A DNA stretch of 64,000 bases from Leptospira sp. GTDB taxonomy: Bacteria; Spirochaetota; Leptospiria; Leptospirales; Leptospiraceae. This document shows positions 29,468-38,909 of the stretch, piece after piece. Under the pieces are notes generated by a model that did not search any database, had not been told where the DNA came from, and was given only the letters and a program-made list of their open reading frames with translations. Within the stretch, counting starts at the first letter, position 1. Every line of letters starts with the position of its first letter. A program made the position numbers and the translations under genes. Location: the NCBI GenBank assembly GCA_034439575.1, contig JAWXAQ010000027.1, positions 352,001-416,000 of the forward strand, read 5' to 3'.

Positions 29468-30613
29468 TTATATAGGTTTTGGTTCTGATTTTCTGATTTC
29501 ATAATCTACAATTTTGGCTTTCAGATTGGCATGTTTTAATGGAAAATGTGATTTTTCTTTCATTCCAAGTTTTCCAAGTAAAGCAAATTCACCACATAAC
29601 ACTGTACATTTCCAACCGGGAAATTCATTTTTGAAAACTCTACCCATTTGAAAGTAGGTCTCACGTAAATTTTCCATGGGTTTTCCAATTCTTTCGCCAT
29701 AAGGAGGGTTTGTTACAATGTGTCCAGATTCACCAAAAGTATTTTTTAATTCTAATACATCTCCGGTGTCAAAAGAAATCCAATCTTCAACACCCGCTTC
29801 AAAAGCATTTTCTTTGGCAATGCGTATAGATTCTGGATCTATATCATAACCAAAAAGACGTTTTTTTTCGGGCGGAGGTAAGACTGCTTTTGCAAATTCA
29901 TAGTCAGGAAATAGTTTATGAAAGATAGGTGATTCATCTAAAATATATCGATTTAGCTGGCCTGATAATTTTTCAACAAGTGCGGCTTCTATCAAAACTG
30001 TTCCTGAACCACACATAGGATCAAGCAGTACTTTTCCTGGACTCCATTCTGAAATCGATAACATTGCTTGTGCGATAGGTTCCCTGACCGGAGCTTTTCC
30101 TGCTTCTAATCGATAACCACGCCTGGCTATAGATTCACCAGTAAACGAAAGTTCGATGCTAAATTTATCTAAAAATGATCGCAAAACAATAGTAATATCT
30201 GATACTTTTTTTTCAATACCTGGTAATTGAACCTTTCTTTCGCGTAAACTATCTAAAATGGCATCTTTTAATTTATGAACTGCAAATTGAGAATTTCCTA
30301 AACTATCTTTTGTTTGAGCATCAATACGGAATGTTTGGTGGGGTTCTATCCATTTTTCCCAAGGAATGGATTTCGCGCGAATGTACATTTCATCGTAAGT
30401 TTCGGCATTATCTTGTAGGATTTGCCAAGTGACCCTTGAACTGTAACGCGTTGAAATCGCAAAATCGATTACATTTTGCTTTTTTCCAGAAAAGAAAACA
30501 CCACCCCTGTTGGAACTAATGATACTTAGGTGGTTTGCCTTAACTTCCGATTCGACAAGCGGAGAAAGTCCTTCACCGCAAACAGCATGATAAATCGTCT
30601 GTGAAGCTTTTAT
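29468..30613 (-). CDS. THUMP-domain class I SAM-dependent RNA methyltransferase (RlmL/YpsC-like)
   Basis: RRGYR, APVRE.IA, LDPMCGSGTVLIEAA, NPPYGERI. Frame stays open and family-like for 75 codons upstream of ATG 30388; proposed start ATA 30613. Confidence 0.85.
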   Translation of the reverse strand: MKASQTIYHAVCGEGLSPLVESEVKANHLSIISSNRGGVFFSGKKQNVIDFAISTRYSSRVTWQILQDNAETYDEMYIRAKSIPWEKWIEPHQTFRIDAQTKDSLGNSQFAVHKLKDAILDSLRERKVQLPGIEKKVSDITIVLRSFLDKFSIELSFTGESIARRGYRLEAGKAPVREPIAQAMLSISEWSPGKVLLDPMCGSGTVLIEAALVEKLSGQLNRYILDESPIFHKLFPDYEFAKAVLPPPEKKRLFGYDIDPESIRIAKENAFEAGVEDWISFDTGDVLELKNTFGESGHIVTNPPYGERIGKPMENLRETYFQMGRVFKNEFPGWKCTVLCGEFALLGKLGMKEKSHFPLKHANLKAKIVDYEIRKSEPKPI

Positions 30614-31086
30614 GCGCCTTCTCCAATTTTTTGAGCCAGGTAATTTTCTAAACCAATTTCTTTGATCAGATTTTGTTGAGTTTCGATCCAGTCTATGTGT
30701 TCTTCTTCGGCAACTAAGATTCTTTCGAGAAGTTCCCGAGTGCCATTGTCTTTCATAGAAACTGAAATTTCAATGCCACGATTTAATCTTTCCACAGCAC
30801 TGTACTCTAATTGCAAATCATGTTCTAACAATTCAGCAACATTTTTACCTACATTGATTTTCATGTATTTCTGAAGATCGGGGATGCCATCAAAATAAAG
30901 AATTCGTTCCATGATTAGATCTGCATGTTTCATTTCATCAATGGATTCTTTTCTCAAATAATCTCCGAGAGTGGTGTATCCCCAATTTTTACACAACTTT
31001 GCATGAATAAAATACTGATTGATAGCTGTTAATTCTGCAGAGAGAACTTCTGCGAGAATATCTAAAACTTCTTTTTTGCCTTTCAT
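30610..31086 (-). CDS. bfr: Bacterioferritin
   Basis: MKG...ELTAINQYFIH, ESIDEMKHAD, EEEHIDW, G.ENYL. Confidence 0.96.
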   Translation of the reverse strand: MKGKKEVLDILAEVLSAELTAINQYFIHAKLCKNWGYTTLGDYLRKESIDEMKHADLIMERILYFDGIPDLQKYMKINVGKNVAELLEHDLQLEYSAVERLNRGIEISVSMKDNGTRELLERILVAEEEHIDWIETQQNLIKEIGLENYLAQKIGEGA

Positions 31087-31166
31087 AATCTTTACCTTCC
31101 CAATGGAACGATCTAATGGAATGATAAAATGCTTTCGTTATCAGAGCAAGCGTAAACTATATTCTT

Positions 31167-32270
31167 ATGACTAAAGTTTTCATTCATGGAGCTTCGCTTA
31201 GTCCCTTTGGAAAATTCCAAGGAAATTCATTACAACTTTCCACTCAAACAGCTAAAGAGTCTGTGAATGAATTTGGTAAAGACAAAATAGAATTTTTGAT
31301 ATTTGCCAGTTTTTCGCCCGATCGTTATACGAACGAATTTCATTTACCTACAAAAATTGCACAAAACCTTGGGATTTCTCATGCTTTTTGTATACGTTCG
31401 GAAACAGCTTCTTCTGCTGGAGCTTCTGCGTTTCAATTAGGAGTGAATCTGATTCTCAGTGGCAGATTCAAACACGGGTTAGTGATTGCGACTGAGATAA
31501 TGTCTCAATTGAATAGAGAAGAAAACAATTTATTGTTAGGTTCCGTATTATCTGAACACCAAAGATCCCTTGGTATGTCAATGGCGCAAGGCGGGGCAAT
31601 GTTTACCAGGCGTTATCTGGATATGTATGGCTATAAAGAAATAGATTTGTATTCTTTGTCTAAAAAGTTACATGATAACGGTTTAAAAAATCCCGTAGCC
31701 CAGATCAAAAAAAATCTTTCATTCGATGATTATAGCAAACAGACAAAAATTTCCTCACCTTTAGGACTTTTTGACATCTCACCACTTTCAGATGGATCGG
31801 CATCCGTTATATTATCGATAAACAAGAGTAATGTGAGCGTAAAGGGGATGGGACATGGAACTGGAAAATTTTTGCCCTCAGGGGATCCTAGTTTTCAAGC
31901 AAGCACCATCGCATTTGAAAGAGCATTTACCGAGGCAAAACTTTCTTCGAAAGAAATCCATTTTGCGGAGTTACATGATGCCTTTACACCCTTTGAATTG
32001 ATAGGAGCGGAAGATGCAGGTCTATTCCCTAGAGGAGAAGCACTCAGACGAGTGATCAGTGGGGTCACACATCCGGAAGGAGATTTACCCATCAATGTTT
32101 CAGGCGGATTAAAATCACGCGGTCACCCCGTTGGTGCCTCTGGGCTTGCCCAAATTGTAGAAATTTGTCGCTTTTTTCCCAAAAAGGATAGGCAAACATT
32201 TGCACTTGCTCATAGCATTGGTGGACTAGCAACAAACAATTTTGCTACAATTCTTGAAAGGGAGTTATGA
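31167..32270 (+). CDS. SCP2-type thiolase-fold protein (catalytic Cys apparently replaced)
   Basis: ISPLSDGSA, ELHDAF, NVSGGLKSRGHPVGASG, HSIGG. Confidence 0.85.
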   Translation: MTKVFIHGASLSPFGKFQGNSLQLSTQTAKESVNEFGKDKIEFLIFASFSPDRYTNEFHLPTKIAQNLGISHAFCIRSETASSAGASAFQLGVNLILSGRFKHGLVIATEIMSQLNREENNLLLGSVLSEHQRSLGMSMAQGGAMFTRRYLDMYGYKEIDLYSLSKKLHDNGLKNPVAQIKKNLSFDDYSKQTKISSPLGLFDISPLSDGSASVILSINKSNVSVKGMGHGTGKFLPSGDPSFQASTIAFERAFTEAKLSSKEIHFAELHDAFTPFELIGAEDAGLFPRGEALRRVISGVTHPEGDLPINVSGGLKSRGHPVGASGLAQIVEICRFFPKKDRQTFALAHSIGGLATNNFATILEREL

Positions 32271-33328
32271 CACAAAAAATTCTGATTTTGCAAACGGCTT
32301 TTTTGGGAGATTTGATTCTATCGACTCCTTTCTTTCATGCCGTTAGAAATCAATTTCCAGATGCACAAATTGATTTGGTTTGTAATTTAGGGACAGAACA
32401 AATTGTTTTTGGGAATCCTGACATTAGTGAAGTTATTCCTATTGATAAAAAAAAATCCCACAAACGTTTGTTTGGCTTTTTGAAATTTGCTCTGGCTCTA
32501 CGTGATAAAAATTATGATATTATTTTTTCTCCACATTTTTCCTATCGTTCGACAATCCTAAGTTATATTATTGGTGCAAAGATTCGCATTGGTTATAAAC
32601 AGTCTGGTTTTTCTTTTTTACATACAAAAAAAATTCTAAGACCTGTCATTGGACCCCATGAAGTTCACAAATTATTTTCTCTCTTGTATGATTCAGAAAA
32701 TGATTTTCCAAAAGGTAGAGATCAAAGGCCATTTTTATATCCTGGCGAAGTAGAGATTACAAATTTTAATCATAAAGCCAGCGAATTAAAAATATTACCA
32801 AAGTCTTATATTATAATTGCCCCATCTTCGCTTTGGGAAACAAAAAGGATGCCTGAAGAAAAATTTGTTTCAGTGATGAGTCATATTCTCAGAAAAAGAT
32901 CAGAAACTATCGTGCTTGTTGGATCAAAGAGTGATACTGCTATAGAAGAAAAAATCTTCGGTCTATTGAAAACTGAACCTTTAAAACCCAAGGAAAGAAT
33001 CAGGGTTCATTCACTTATAGGAAAAACGAGCTTAGGTGACCTCGCAGTTTGGATACAAAATTCGTCAGCTATCATTACAAATGATTCAAGTCCAGTTCAT
33101 TATGCTTCTGCCTTCGATATTCCTACAGTCATGATTTATGGTGCGACGATTCCTGGATTTGGATATTCTTCACTTTCCACAAAACATAAATTAATCGAGA
33201 TAGAAAATCTAAATTGTAGACCATGTGGGATTCATGGTGGAAAAATTTGCCCGAAGTCCCATTTTAAATGTATGTTAGATCAAGATCCTTTGAAGATTTT
33301 TAAAGCGCTTGAAGAAGTGATAAATTAA
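32267..33328 (+). CDS. Glycosyltransferase family 9 (heptosyltransferase-like)
   Basis: QTAFLGDLIL.TP, WETKR, GKTSL, NDSSPVHYASAF..PTV.IYG, CRPC..HG..CP..HFKCM. Confidence 0.92.
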   Translation: MTQKILILQTAFLGDLILSTPFFHAVRNQFPDAQIDLVCNLGTEQIVFGNPDISEVIPIDKKKSHKRLFGFLKFALALRDKNYDIIFSPHFSYRSTILSYIIGAKIRIGYKQSGFSFLHTKKILRPVIGPHEVHKLFSLLYDSENDFPKGRDQRPFLYPGEVEITNFNHKASELKILPKSYIIIAPSSLWETKRMPEEKFVSVMSHILRKRSETIVLVGSKSDTAIEEKIFGLLKTEPLKPKERIRVHSLIGKTSLGDLAVWIQNSSAIITNDSSPVHYASAFDIPTVMIYGATIPGFGYSSLSTKHKLIEIENLNCRPCGIHGGKICPKSHFKCMLDQDPLKIFKALEEVIN

Positions 33329-33330
33329 GT

Positions 33331-34629
33331 ATGAAAAAATTAGAAGATAAAGTATTTCAAAAAAGAATTCACGAAGTTCAAAAACTTTTAAATAAAGACG
33401 AACTTTTACTTATATTTGCGGCAAATCATAAAATTAGAAACCGAGATGTAGAATATAAATTTCGGCAAGATTCAGACTTTTATTATTTAACGGGCATAGA
33501 AGAAGCAGATGGGATTTTATATGTCGCCAAACAAGAAGTAGGTATGTTCTGTTTACCGAAAGATAAAGAAAAAGAAATTTGGACGGGCATTCGATTAGGT
33601 AAAGAAAAAATAGAAGAAAAACTGAATTTGGACAAAACCTTTGATTTAGCAGAGTGGGACCAATTAAAGTTTGGTCTATTGCAAGGTTACAAAACTCTAT
33701 TTTATTTTTTTGGATACGATGATAGAAGAGATTTGGAAATCATCAAAGCGGTGAGAGAAGTTTCCGCAAAAGTGAGAGAAGGAAAATTTGCACCTTCCTC
33801 TATCACCGAACCTCATTTTTTACATGAAATGCGTTCTATTAAATCAGCAGATGAAATAGAAATTTTAAAAGAAGCAGCACGTATCACAGCGAATGGTCAT
33901 AACAAAATCATGTCTATGGTGCGACCAGGGATGTTTGAATACGAATTGGAAGCGATCCTTGAAGAAGAGTATTTACGGGCTGGGGCATGGGGCGGTGGTT
34001 ATGGACATATTGTTGCTTCTGGAAAAAATGCATGTATTCTCCATTATGTAGAAAACAACTCAGAGATTAAAAAAGATGAATTGATACTCGTTGATTCTGG
34101 TGCCGAGTGGAATTATTATACTGCTGATGTAACACGCGTTTTCCCTTCAGGAAAAAAATTTACAGAACCTCAAAAAATAATTTATGAAGTCGTTTTGGCC
34201 TCGCAAAAAAATGCCATTCAATTTGCCAAAGAAGGGGTAGAATTTAACGAAATCCACCTAAAGACAGTTCGATTTTTGTCTGATTGTTTAAGAGAAATGG
34301 GTTTTTTGACAGGAAGTTTAGATTCGATCATAGAGACGGGTGCCTTCAAAAAGTTTTATATGCATAGAACAGGACATTATCTTGGAATGGATGTTCATGA
34401 TGTAGGAACTTATTATACTGATGGAAAAAGTAAAAAATTAAAAAATGGCCAAGTGATTACCGTGGAACCAGGCTTATACTTTGACCCACAAGATAATTCG
34501 ATTCCAAAAGAATTTAGAGGCATCGGAATTCGCATTGAAGATGATATTTTGATTCACGGAAAAAATCCTATCATTTTGACTTCACAGATCCCCAAAGAAA
34601 TAGATGAACTTGAAGCATTAAAGAATTAA
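33331..34629 (+). CDS. pepP: Xaa-Pro aminopeptidase
   Basis: FRQDSDFYYLTG, LHY, DSG...YTADVTR, GHYLGMDVHD, TVEPGLY, GIRIEDD. Confidence 0.93.
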   Translation: MKKLEDKVFQKRIHEVQKLLNKDELLLIFAANHKIRNRDVEYKFRQDSDFYYLTGIEEADGILYVAKQEVGMFCLPKDKEKEIWTGIRLGKEKIEEKLNLDKTFDLAEWDQLKFGLLQGYKTLFYFFGYDDRRDLEIIKAVREVSAKVREGKFAPSSITEPHFLHEMRSIKSADEIEILKEAARITANGHNKIMSMVRPGMFEYELEAILEEEYLRAGAWGGGYGHIVASGKNACILHYVENNSEIKKDELILVDSGAEWNYYTADVTRVFPSGKKFTEPQKIIYEVVLASQKNAIQFAKEGVEFNEIHLKTVRFLSDCLREMGFLTGSLDSIIETGAFKKFYMHRTGHYLGMDVHDVGTYYTDGKSKKLKNGQVITVEPGLYFDPQDNSIPKEFRGIGIRIEDDILIHGKNPIILTSQIPKEIDELEALKN

Positions 34630-34630
34630 A

Positions 34631-35077
34631 GTGTCAAACGCGAATCGTTTTAATTCGGTTAAATATATTGGTAGACTTTCCGAATTTTTAGTAGAGGTCA
34701 TTGAATCTGAATTAACAAAATTTGGTTATGATAGCCTTTCTGCGACTCATTTTGAAATTATCACATATTTGATTCGCAAAAAAAATCCAGTGAATATGAC
34801 GTCCATTTCGGAGGCTATTCATAGAAAAAAACCCACGGTCACCATACTCGTCAATAAATTGGAATCAATGGGTCTTGTTCAAAAGGAAAGTTCCAAAGAA
34901 GACAAACGTGAGTTTATGATTAGCCTTACCAAAAAAGGTAAAGAATTTCGAAGTGTGGCTTTGAAAATAAGTTCAAAAGTTTTTTCTCTGAAACTATGGG
35001 GTGTCACACCTGAAGAATCAGAGAAATTATTTATTTTATTAGATAAAATCTACCGACATACAAGTGTTAAAAGCTAA
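34631..35077 (+). CDS. MarR family transcriptional regulator
   Basis: Winged HTH: KPTVTILVNKLE..GLV.K..S.EDKR...ISLTKKG. Confidence 0.9.
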   Translation: MSNANRFNSVKYIGRLSEFLVEVIESELTKFGYDSLSATHFEIITYLIRKKNPVNMTSISEAIHRKKPTVTILVNKLESMGLVQKESSKEDKREFMISLTKKGKEFRSVALKISSKVFSLKLWGVTPEESEKLFILLDKIYRHTSVKS

Positions 35078-35831
35078 ATTCTGGCCTTCTACCAGCAACT
35101 GAAGCTGCAATGCCTTCTTTCGCATCAGCAGATTGTAAACTACTAAGGGTCGCAGCTATATCTTTTTCAATCAAGGATGTTCTTTTAGATGTTAGTTCTC
35201 TTAAAGCCGCCTTACTTGAAACCATTGCAGAAATTGAATTTTTAATCAATCGATTCACATATTTATCCACCGATTCGCGTAATTTATTCGCATCTGGATG
35301 CATTTCATGATAAAGTCCTAAGTCCAATGCCTCACTTGTCTTAAACGCATTGCCCCAAAGGATATGTTCTGATGCACTTTTAGCTCCAATGATATCCGCT
35401 AAAAGCATAGCAATAAAGCTAGGTACTCTGATTCCAATTTTGACTTCAGGCAGTCCAATTCTCATTCCCTCTAGGCCAAAACGAAAATCACTAGCAAGGG
35501 CAATCATCGCACCATATCCCATCGCGTGGCCCGAAACTTCTGCAATGACGGGAGTAGGATAGGTATAAATTTTTTCTAATATCCCATAAAAGTAATTCAT
35601 AAACTCTTGTAAGGTGGCCTCTGTCGGTTTATCACTCAATTGAGCTAAATTTAAACCTATAGAAAAAATTTTTTCGCGAGCACTTCTAATAATTAAAACT
35701 TTTGATTTTTCACTTTTGGCATTGACCAGAGTGGAATCTAAACTCGCAAAGGCATTCAAATCAAAACTATTGTTCTCATTTGTGTCTAATGTGATGGTCT
35801 GAATTCCGTTGTTATTATTGTAATGGATCAT
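35067..35831 (-). CDS. Enoyl-CoA hydratase/isomerase family protein
   Basis: FSIGLNL, PVIAEVSGHAMGYG, GLPEVKIG, DAKEGI. Confidence 0.9.
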   Translation of the reverse strand: MIHYNNNNGIQTITLDTNENNSFDLNAFASLDSTLVNAKSEKSKVLIIRSAREKIFSIGLNLAQLSDKPTEATLQEFMNYFYGILEKIYTYPTPVIAEVSGHAMGYGAMIALASDFRFGLEGMRIGLPEVKIGIRVPSFIAMLLADIIGAKSASEHILWGNAFKTSEALDLGLYHEMHPDANKLRESVDKYVNRLIKNSISAMVSSKAALRELTSKRTSLIEKDIAATLSSLQSADAKEGIAASVAGRRPEFSF

Positions 35832-35849
35832 ATCTTTCTCCGAAAAAAG

Positions 35850-35863
35850 GTTAGATATCTAAC
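35850..35863. promoter_or_regulatory. Perfect 14-bp palindrome GTTAGATATCTAAC, candidate MarR operator
   Basis: Lies 19 bp upstream of the crotonase start; a MarR gene is adjacent. Confidence 0.55.
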
Positions 35864-35881
35864 TAAATTTGGAAAAGAAAT

Positions 35882-35905
35882 TTTTTGCAAGTATTATTGC
35901 AAAAA
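35882..35905. terminator. AT-rich inverted repeat TTTTTGCAA-N6-TTGCAAAAA right after the M20 gene stop
   Basis: 9-bp arms; weak terminator or protein-binding site. Confidence 0.35.
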
Positions 35906-37093
35906 TTAATCTGAACTTAAATAAACTTTGATCACTTCTTTCATAACTGAAAGTCCGATCGGGAGAGCATCTTCATCAAAATCAAAAAAAGAACTATGAT
36001 GAGGGTTTATAAATCCTTTCTTTTCATTGCGCGAACCTACAAAAAAATAACAGCCTGGTTTTTTCATCAAAAAAGCAGAAAAATCTTCACCGCCCATCGT
36101 ACGTGTATTTTCTTCCGTTAAACATTCATTGCCTAGGATATTGTTAGCAGCCTTTCTTACTATATCTGCCATATCTGGATCATTGATCGTTGGTTTATCG
36201 ATTCGTTTGTATCTAAAATCGATATCCGCACCGAATCCTTTAGCAATACCACGTACAAGTGATTCCAATCTTTCTGGAAACATATGATAGATATCTTTTG
36301 AGTAAGTTCGAACCGTTCCACGAAGTTCAGCGGTTTCAGGAATTACATTAAAAGCATTCCCTGAGTGAAAACTACCCACAGTCACCACACAAGGTTCCAG
36401 AGGATCCACATTTCTGGATACAATCGTCTGTAAGGCGGTAACTATATGAGAACCAACAACAATGGGATCGACTGTGTGTTGCGGCAGGGCGCCGTGACCA
36501 CTCACACCTTTGACAGTGATAAAAAATTCGTCAACAGAGGCCATCATGGTTCCGTTCACAACGCCGATTTTACCTAGATCGATATGATTCCATAGGTGTA
36601 AGGCGAAACAAGCGTCCACATTATATTTTTCAAGTATACCCGCTTGGATCATTTTGTCAGCTCCTGCACCGCCTTCCTCAGCTGGTTGGAAGCAAAGGAG
36701 CACACGGCCTTTGGGAACAAACGAATGTAAAGATTCTTTTAGTTCTGTTGACAATGCCATGAGTATACTCGTATGCCCATCATGACCACAAGCATGCATT
36801 TTTCCTGGATTTAGACTTTTGTAATCATGTAAACTTTCTTCGAAGATGGGAAGAGCATCCATATCTGCACGCACAAGGATTGTTTTCCCAGGAAGCCCAG
36901 AATCCACCAAACAGACGATACCCGTTTCAGCAATCCCGTCTTCATACGAGAAACCTAAGGTCTTAAGGTGTGTGGAAACAAAATTGGAAGTGGCCTTTTC
37001 TTCATACATTAGCTCTGGATTTTTATGAATCGTTCTCCGGAAATGAATCATTTCCTCTTTGCGCTTGTTAGGTGTCATAAAACTAGTATTCAT
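35906..37093 (-). CDS. M20D family amidohydrolase
   Basis: [36 protein letters not shown]. Confidence 0.93.
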   Translation of the reverse strand: MNTSFMTPNKRKEEMIHFRRTIHKNPELMYEEKATSNFVSTHLKTLGFSYEDGIAETGIVCLVDSGLPGKTILVRADMDALPIFEESLHDYKSLNPGKMHACGHDGHTSILMALSTELKESLHSFVPKGRVLLCFQPAEEGGAGADKMIQAGILEKYNVDACFALHLWNHIDLGKIGVVNGTMMASVDEFFITVKGVSGHGALPQHTVDPIVVGSHIVTALQTIVSRNVDPLEPCVVTVGSFHSGNAFNVIPETAELRGTVRTYSKDIYHMFPERLESLVRGIAKGFGADIDFRYKRIDKPTINDPDMADIVRKAANNILGNECLTEENTRTMGGEDFSAFLMKKPGCYFFVGSRNEKKGFINPHHSSFFDFDEDALPIGLSVMKEVIKVYLSSD

Positions 37094-38799
37094 AGCTTAT
37101 CTGTTTCTATGCGAGCTCGTTTTTCTACTTCATCTAAAATTTGGTACAAATCCAATCCGTATTTTTCGAAAAGCGAGTTTTTGGCCAATTCGTACCTAAC
37201 TAAATTAATATTAAAATTGATTTTGGATTGAGTGACTGCCAGCTCAGATTGTGCTAATGCATCAAGTGCATTTTTAACATTAACAGCTGTAAATCTACCT
37301 TGGCGAAAACGATTGATAAGGCCATTATAGAAGGAATCATTTTCCTTTTTTGTTTTTTTGAAATCCTGTAAAAGTGTATGGCTTGCAACTAGTAGTTCAT
37401 AACGATTATCTATATCTTGTGTAATTTCTTGTTCTAAGTTATTGATTTGTAAATCTAACATTTTTAAGTTAGCTTCCGCATCACGAATATTTGCCTTAAC
37501 ACCAAGATCCCACAAAGGATAACTCATTTTCAATTCTGCTGATACTTGCGGGTAATTGTTCAAATAAGAAAGTCCCATTTGTTGTCTGGCTATAAAGTTT
37601 TCTTGTGGTGATAAAAAACTTTGATTGATAGAACTATATCCTAAGGTTGCTTTTAAAGAAGGTTGGTCTTCATCATTGGCATTGGCAAGCATAAGCACTG
37701 CCATTTCTCTTTGGCGTTTTAAAATTAAATAATCGATTCGATGTGCCAGCGCATACTTTTTATCTTCTGCTAAATTAATTCCAGTGGGCAGATTTTCAGT
37801 AAGATCAGTAACACCTGCTATGGTAGATCCAGAATCAGCATTTAAGATGCGCACTAAATTTCTTTCTGCTTCGATGCGATCTACTTTAGCTTTTTCCAGT
37901 GCAGATTCTGTTTTAAGAACAGCTTGATTCCATTGGTTGACTTCAAATCCTTCGGAAAGACCAAGTGATTGTTTTCGTCTTGTCAGAGTCCGAATTTCTT
38001 CTGTATTTTTTAGAACCTTTTCATAAGTGCTGATTTGTGAATCAACAATGCCGAGTGACCAATAATCAACTAACACTTTGACTACTAATTGAGTTAAAAT
38101 ACTGATATAATTTTCTCGAGTTAGTAAAGTTTGGTTGCGGTAGAGTTTTTCTTTATCCTCTTCTGTTCTTCCAAAACCATACTTTAATAATTCTTGGGAG
38201 AGGGTAAATGATACAGCCCCTGTGTGCATAGGAGCTGTCGCCAAACTGCTAAAAGATGAAGTTAATGGATTCAGTGGATCTTCGAAGGCATTTGTATCAT
38301 ATCTCAGAGTGTATACTTCGGTCTTAAAATATGTGCCCGTTTTGAATTGTTTTTCTATCCCTGCAGAAATTTTATCTTGGTTTCGTTTTGTTCCGGCAAA
38401 AAGATTGTTTCGATTATCTGGAAAAATTTGTTTCGCAGATTGGATTCCGGCTAAGGCTTTCCATGTAAATTTTGACTGATTTTTAAGTTCAGGTGAATCT
38501 GCTTTTACAATTTCCAATTTTGCATTTTGGACAATGATATTGTTTTCTATTACTTTTTCTATGGCATCTGCAATTGTTAAACGAAGGAGTGGTTTTTCAG
38601 ATTTAGAACTTGATTCGGGAGTTGGGTACGCAGTCGACGCTTCCCATTCAGAGGTTCGGTACCTTCTCATTTGTTCATCAAATTCTGATTCTGAATAGAG
38701 GTTACTATGAACGCTAGAAACCAAAAATAATATTAAACCACTGGTCAACATTCGAATAAAGAAAGGGGTATAGGTTAAATTTAATTTAAAGATAAACAC
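37090..38799 (-). CDS. TolC family outer membrane protein; start uncertain
   Basis: [14 protein letters not shown], two-fold helical repeat, LSQELL, SYPLWD, RFRQG. GTG 38799 used; see finding on the SD/AAG. Confidence 0.85.
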   Translation of the reverse strand: MFIFKLNLTYTPFFIRMLTSGLILFLVSSVHSNLYSESEFDEQMRRYRTSEWEASTAYPTPESSSKSEKPLLRLTIADAIEKVIENNIIVQNAKLEIVKADSPELKNQSKFTWKALAGIQSAKQIFPDNRNNLFAGTKRNQDKISAGIEKQFKTGTYFKTEVYTLRYDTNAFEDPLNPLTSSFSSLATAPMHTGAVSFTLSQELLKYGFGRTEEDKEKLYRNQTLLTRENYISILTQLVVKVLVDYWSLGIVDSQISTYEKVLKNTEEIRTLTRRKQSLGLSEGFEVNQWNQAVLKTESALEKAKVDRIEAERNLVRILNADSGSTIAGVTDLTENLPTGINLAEDKKYALAHRIDYLILKRQREMAVLMLANANDEDQPSLKATLGYSSINQSFLSPQENFIARQQMGLSYLNNYPQVSAELKMSYPLWDLGVKANIRDAEANLKMLDLQINNLEQEITQDIDNRYELLVASHTLLQDFKKTKKENDSFYNGLINRFRQGRFTAVNVKNALDALAQSELAVTQSKINFNINLVRYELAKNSLFEKYGLDLYQILDEVEKRARIETDKL

Positions 38800-38909
38800 G
38801 ATTAATTTCTTAAAAACCTCCTTCTTTCTACAGCATCGAAAATGGATTTCCGTGGGCAACACAAAATAACCTTGCGTACCGATTGTTAATCCTACACAGC
38901 TATTAGACA

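Noticed and set aside
31122-31143. Fur-box-like TGATAA-N10-TTATCA upstream of bfr
   Set aside because: Spacing is one base longer than the canonical Fur box and the core matches poorly; plausible context but too weak in AT-rich DNA.
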